Assembly: GCF_039654945.1 (NCBI RefSeq)
Contig: NW_027361751.1
Location: 8,742,001 to 8,806,000 of the forward strand
Source of the DNA: Dendrobates tinctorius
Taxonomy: Eukaryota
Length of the DNA stretch: 64,000 nucleotides
Direction: 5' to 3'
Positions 61,401-64,000 of the stretch are shown piece by piece. How positions within the stretch are numbered: the first letter of the stretch is position 1; every line of letters starts with the position of its first letter. A program made the position numbers and the translations under genes. The notes beneath the pieces were generated by a model. That model worked only from the letters and a program-made list of their open reading frames with translations, made no database searches and was not told the origin of the DNA.

Positions 61401-62478
61401 CGCGTTTTTATTCTTCGGGTCAGTACGGTTACAGCGATACCTCATTTAGGTCGTTTTTTTATGTTTTGTCGGTTTTTTGCAATGAAAACAATTTTATATA
61501 AAAAATAATTATTTTTGTATCGCTTTATTCTGCGAGCTATAACTTTTTTATTTTTTTGCGGATGATGCTGTATGGTGGCTCGTTTTTTGCGGGACAAGAT
61601 GACGTTTTCAGCGGTACCATGCATATTTATATGCGTCTTTTTGATCGCGCGTTATTGCACTTTTTGTTCGGTGGTATGATAATAAATCATTATTTTTTGC
61701 TTCGTTTTTTTATTTTTATTTTTTAAGGGGTTCGCTAAAGGGGTTAACTAATGGGACAGTTTTATAGGGCAGGTCATTACGGATGCGGCGATACCAAATA
61801 TGTGTACTTTTATTGTTTTTGTTTTTTTTTATTTTGAAAAAATGGATTTATTGGGGAATATTTTTTTTTTTTTTTACTAATTTATTTAGCGATTTTTTTT
61901 TAAATTATTTTTAACACTTTTTTTTTTTTTTTTACTTTATTACCTTGTCCCAGGTGGGACATCACTGTCCTGTGACAGATCGCTGATCTGTCACATCACA
62001 GATCACTGTGACAGATCAGCGATCTGACACAGGCACTGCTGAAGGCTTCCTCATGCCTGCGCTTTGCAGGCACTGAGGAAGCCAGCTTCCTCAGGCCCCC
62101 GAAGGCCCCCGTCGCCATCTTGGATTCGGGGGCCTGGAGGAAAGGAGCCCCCCGCAGCAGCGCTGCACATTGCGCTGCCGTGGGGGGCTCAGGGAAGCAC
62201 GGAGGGAGCCCCCTCCCTGCCGATGCTTCCCTTTAACCCCCGGTACACCGCAATCGCGTTTGATCGCGGTGTGCAAGGGGTTAACGTGTCGGGGGCGGTC
62301 CGTGACCGCCCCTGACACATTGTGCCGGGTGTCAGCTATGATAATTAGCTGACACTCGGCCGCGATCAGCGGCGCTCACCACGTGGGCGCCGCTGATCGC
62401 GATGACGTAATATTCCGTCCATGGTAATTAGGTCCATGGTCACATGGACGGAATATTACGTCAATTGTAGGTAAGGGG
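58445..62478 (+). mobile_element. piggyBac-like non-autonomous element with ~380-bp satellite and telomere-like array, inserted in an LTR
   Basis: TTAA TSD (58441-58444 and 62479-62482). CCCCTT...AAGGGG ends. CCTGAGTA(C/G)GCTGATAC recurs at about 59146, 59529, 59902, 60286 and 60672. CCCTAA array from about 60855 into an N gap. Confidence 0.88.
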
Positions 62479-63030
62479 TTAAATCCCAATCAGAAACCCC
62501 AGATCTCCAATCGTCCTCCTCATCATCAGGTGGCAAGCCTCTGTCAATCAGATCAGCTCCACTACCTCCAGTAACCACCAGAGGGAGCCCAGAAAGAGAA
62601 CTCGGAACCCCTCTGTCTGACTAGCTCCACTACCTTCAGTAAAGCCAGAGAGAGAATTCACAACAAGCCGGACTGGACCGCGACACCCACAGGACCACGC
62701 CCCCCCAGTGAGTATAATATAACTTGTTTTTCTTATCTTTCAGGTTACATCGGGGGCTTATCTACAGCATTACAGAATGCTGTAGATAAGCCCCTGATGG
62801 TGCCAGCAGCTGATACGGATAAAAATAGGTGACAGATTCCCTTTAACTGTTATAGTAGAGCATCGACTGTAAGACACAGGCAGCTCCTGCACATCTACTG
62901 TGCGCCCCCATAACTGGGATGTACAATTACGGTGGTTTGCATTAAAGGGCATCTTTGGTTAAAATACACTGATCCATGGACTTTGGTCCGACCATTAGAA
63001 ATTGCACTGATCGGAAGATTTGGGAAGTGT

Positions 63031-63360
63031 TAATAATAGTAATAATAATAATAATAATTCTATTTCTATAGCTCCAACATATTCCGCAGCACTTTACATT
63101 TTAGAGGGGACTTATACAGACAATAGACATTACAGCATACCAATAAACACATTGATCAAAACAGATACCAAGAGGAATGAGGGCCCTGCTTGCAAGCTTA
63201 CAATCTATAAGGAAAAAGGGGAGCCACAAAAGGTGGATGGTAACAATTGCTTTTATTGTTCGGACAAGCCATAGTGTAAGAATCGGGTGTTCCTGTGATG
63301 CTGCATGAGCCAGTTAACAGTCTAAATATGTAACAGTACAGACACAGAGGGCTATTAAAT
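63031..63360 (-). mobile_element. L2 LINE 3' end
   Basis: (TAA)n tail, CCAACATATTCCGCAGCACTTTACA and GGGCCCTGCTTGCAAGCTTACAATCTA motifs. Confidence 0.65.
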
Positions 63361-63401
63361 AATTTAGTAACATAGTTATTAAGGTTGAAGGAAGACTTTA
63401 A

Positions 63402-64000
63402 AGGGAATCTGTCACCCTTTTTTTTGCCTTTCAGCTGTCGGCATTGACATCAGGGGCTTATCTGCAGCATTCTGTAATGCTGTAGATAAGCCTCCGATGT
63501 AACCTGAAAGATAAGAAAAAGAGTTAGATTATACTCACTGGGGTGGGTGGTCCGGTCCGATGGGTGTTGCGGTCCGGCGCCTCCCTTCTTCATGCGATGA
63601 CGTCCTCTTCTTCCCGTCCTGTAATGGCTCTGGTGCAAGCGCACTGCTCTGCCCTGTTGAGAGCAGAGCAGATTCCTGCAGTACACAGGCGTCGGGAGAG
63701 GTCGGCCGCCTGCGCACTGCACAATTCTGCCCTGCCCTCAACAGGGCAGAGAAGTGCGCCTGCGCTGGAGCCATTACAGGACGGGAAAGAAGAGGACATC
63801 ACCGCATGAAGAAGGGAGGCGCCGGACCGGACCACAACACCCATCGGACCGGACCGCCCACCTTGGTGAGTATGATATAACGTGTTTTTCTTCTTTTTCA
63901 GGTTACATCGGAGGCTTATCTACAGCATTACAGAATGCTGTAGATAAGCCCCTGATGTCAATGCCGGCAGCTGAAAGGCCAAAAAAAGGGTGACAGATTC
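63402..64000. mobile_element. Kolobok/T2-type MITE
   Basis: TTAA then AGGGAATCTGTCACCCTTT; right TIR GGGTGACAGATTC at the window end. Same family as 16959-17556. Confidence 0.85.

Larger units (their letters stand above)
53001..62665 (-). mobile_element. Degenerate Ty3/Gypsy chromovirus (element 2)
   Basis: 5' LTR at 57725-58444 plus 62483-62665 (TGTTATGAA...TTCACAACA). Truncated 3' LTR at 53001-53155. PPT AAGGGGGGGTAC. Frameshifted gag/pol. Confidence 0.92.
52471..62842. mobile_element. Kolobok/T2-type MITE split by a SINE and Gypsy element 2
   Basis: Left arm AGGGAATCTGTCACC (52471-53000) and right arm ending GGTGACAGATTCCCT (62666-62842). TTAA at 52467-52470 and 62843-62846. Confidence 0.8.

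Overview
Repeat-dense vertebrate DNA, most likely a frog judging from the transposon families. It holds one host gene: GCNT4 (core 2 beta-1,6-GlcNAc transferase family), with a single coding exon at 25041-26360 (-). A probable TATA promoter and non-coding first exon lie about 22 kb upstream (48660-48989, -). Most of the remainder is nested mobile DNA. (1) A young, full-length chromodomain Gypsy element (4524-9915) with 569-bp LTRs, a TTATT TSD, a Tf1/sushi-type self-priming site instead of a tRNA PBS, and a slippery site plus pseudoknot at the gag-pol junction. (2) An older, broken Gypsy element (53001-62665). (3) CR1, L2 and RTE LINE remnants, V-SINE-like SINEs and an Ngaro-like tyrosine-recombinase retroelement. 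(4) Tc1, hAT, Harbinger, Kolobok/T2-like and piggyBac-like non-autonomous DNA elements. The most notable signals are three. First, three unrelated short fold-back inserts with 12-14 bp TSDs each carry a hammerhead-ribozyme or hammerhead-like core, an architecture typical of Penelope-like elements; the one at 54328-54388 (-) folds into a complete type I hammerhead. Second, DNA transposons of two superfamilies carry telomere-like (CCCTAA) arrays, in one family next to a ~380-bp satellite. Third, a 13.8-kb nest of insertions collapses to a single TTAA about 80 bp upstream of the putative GCNT4 TATA box. All calls were made by eye with no database searches.
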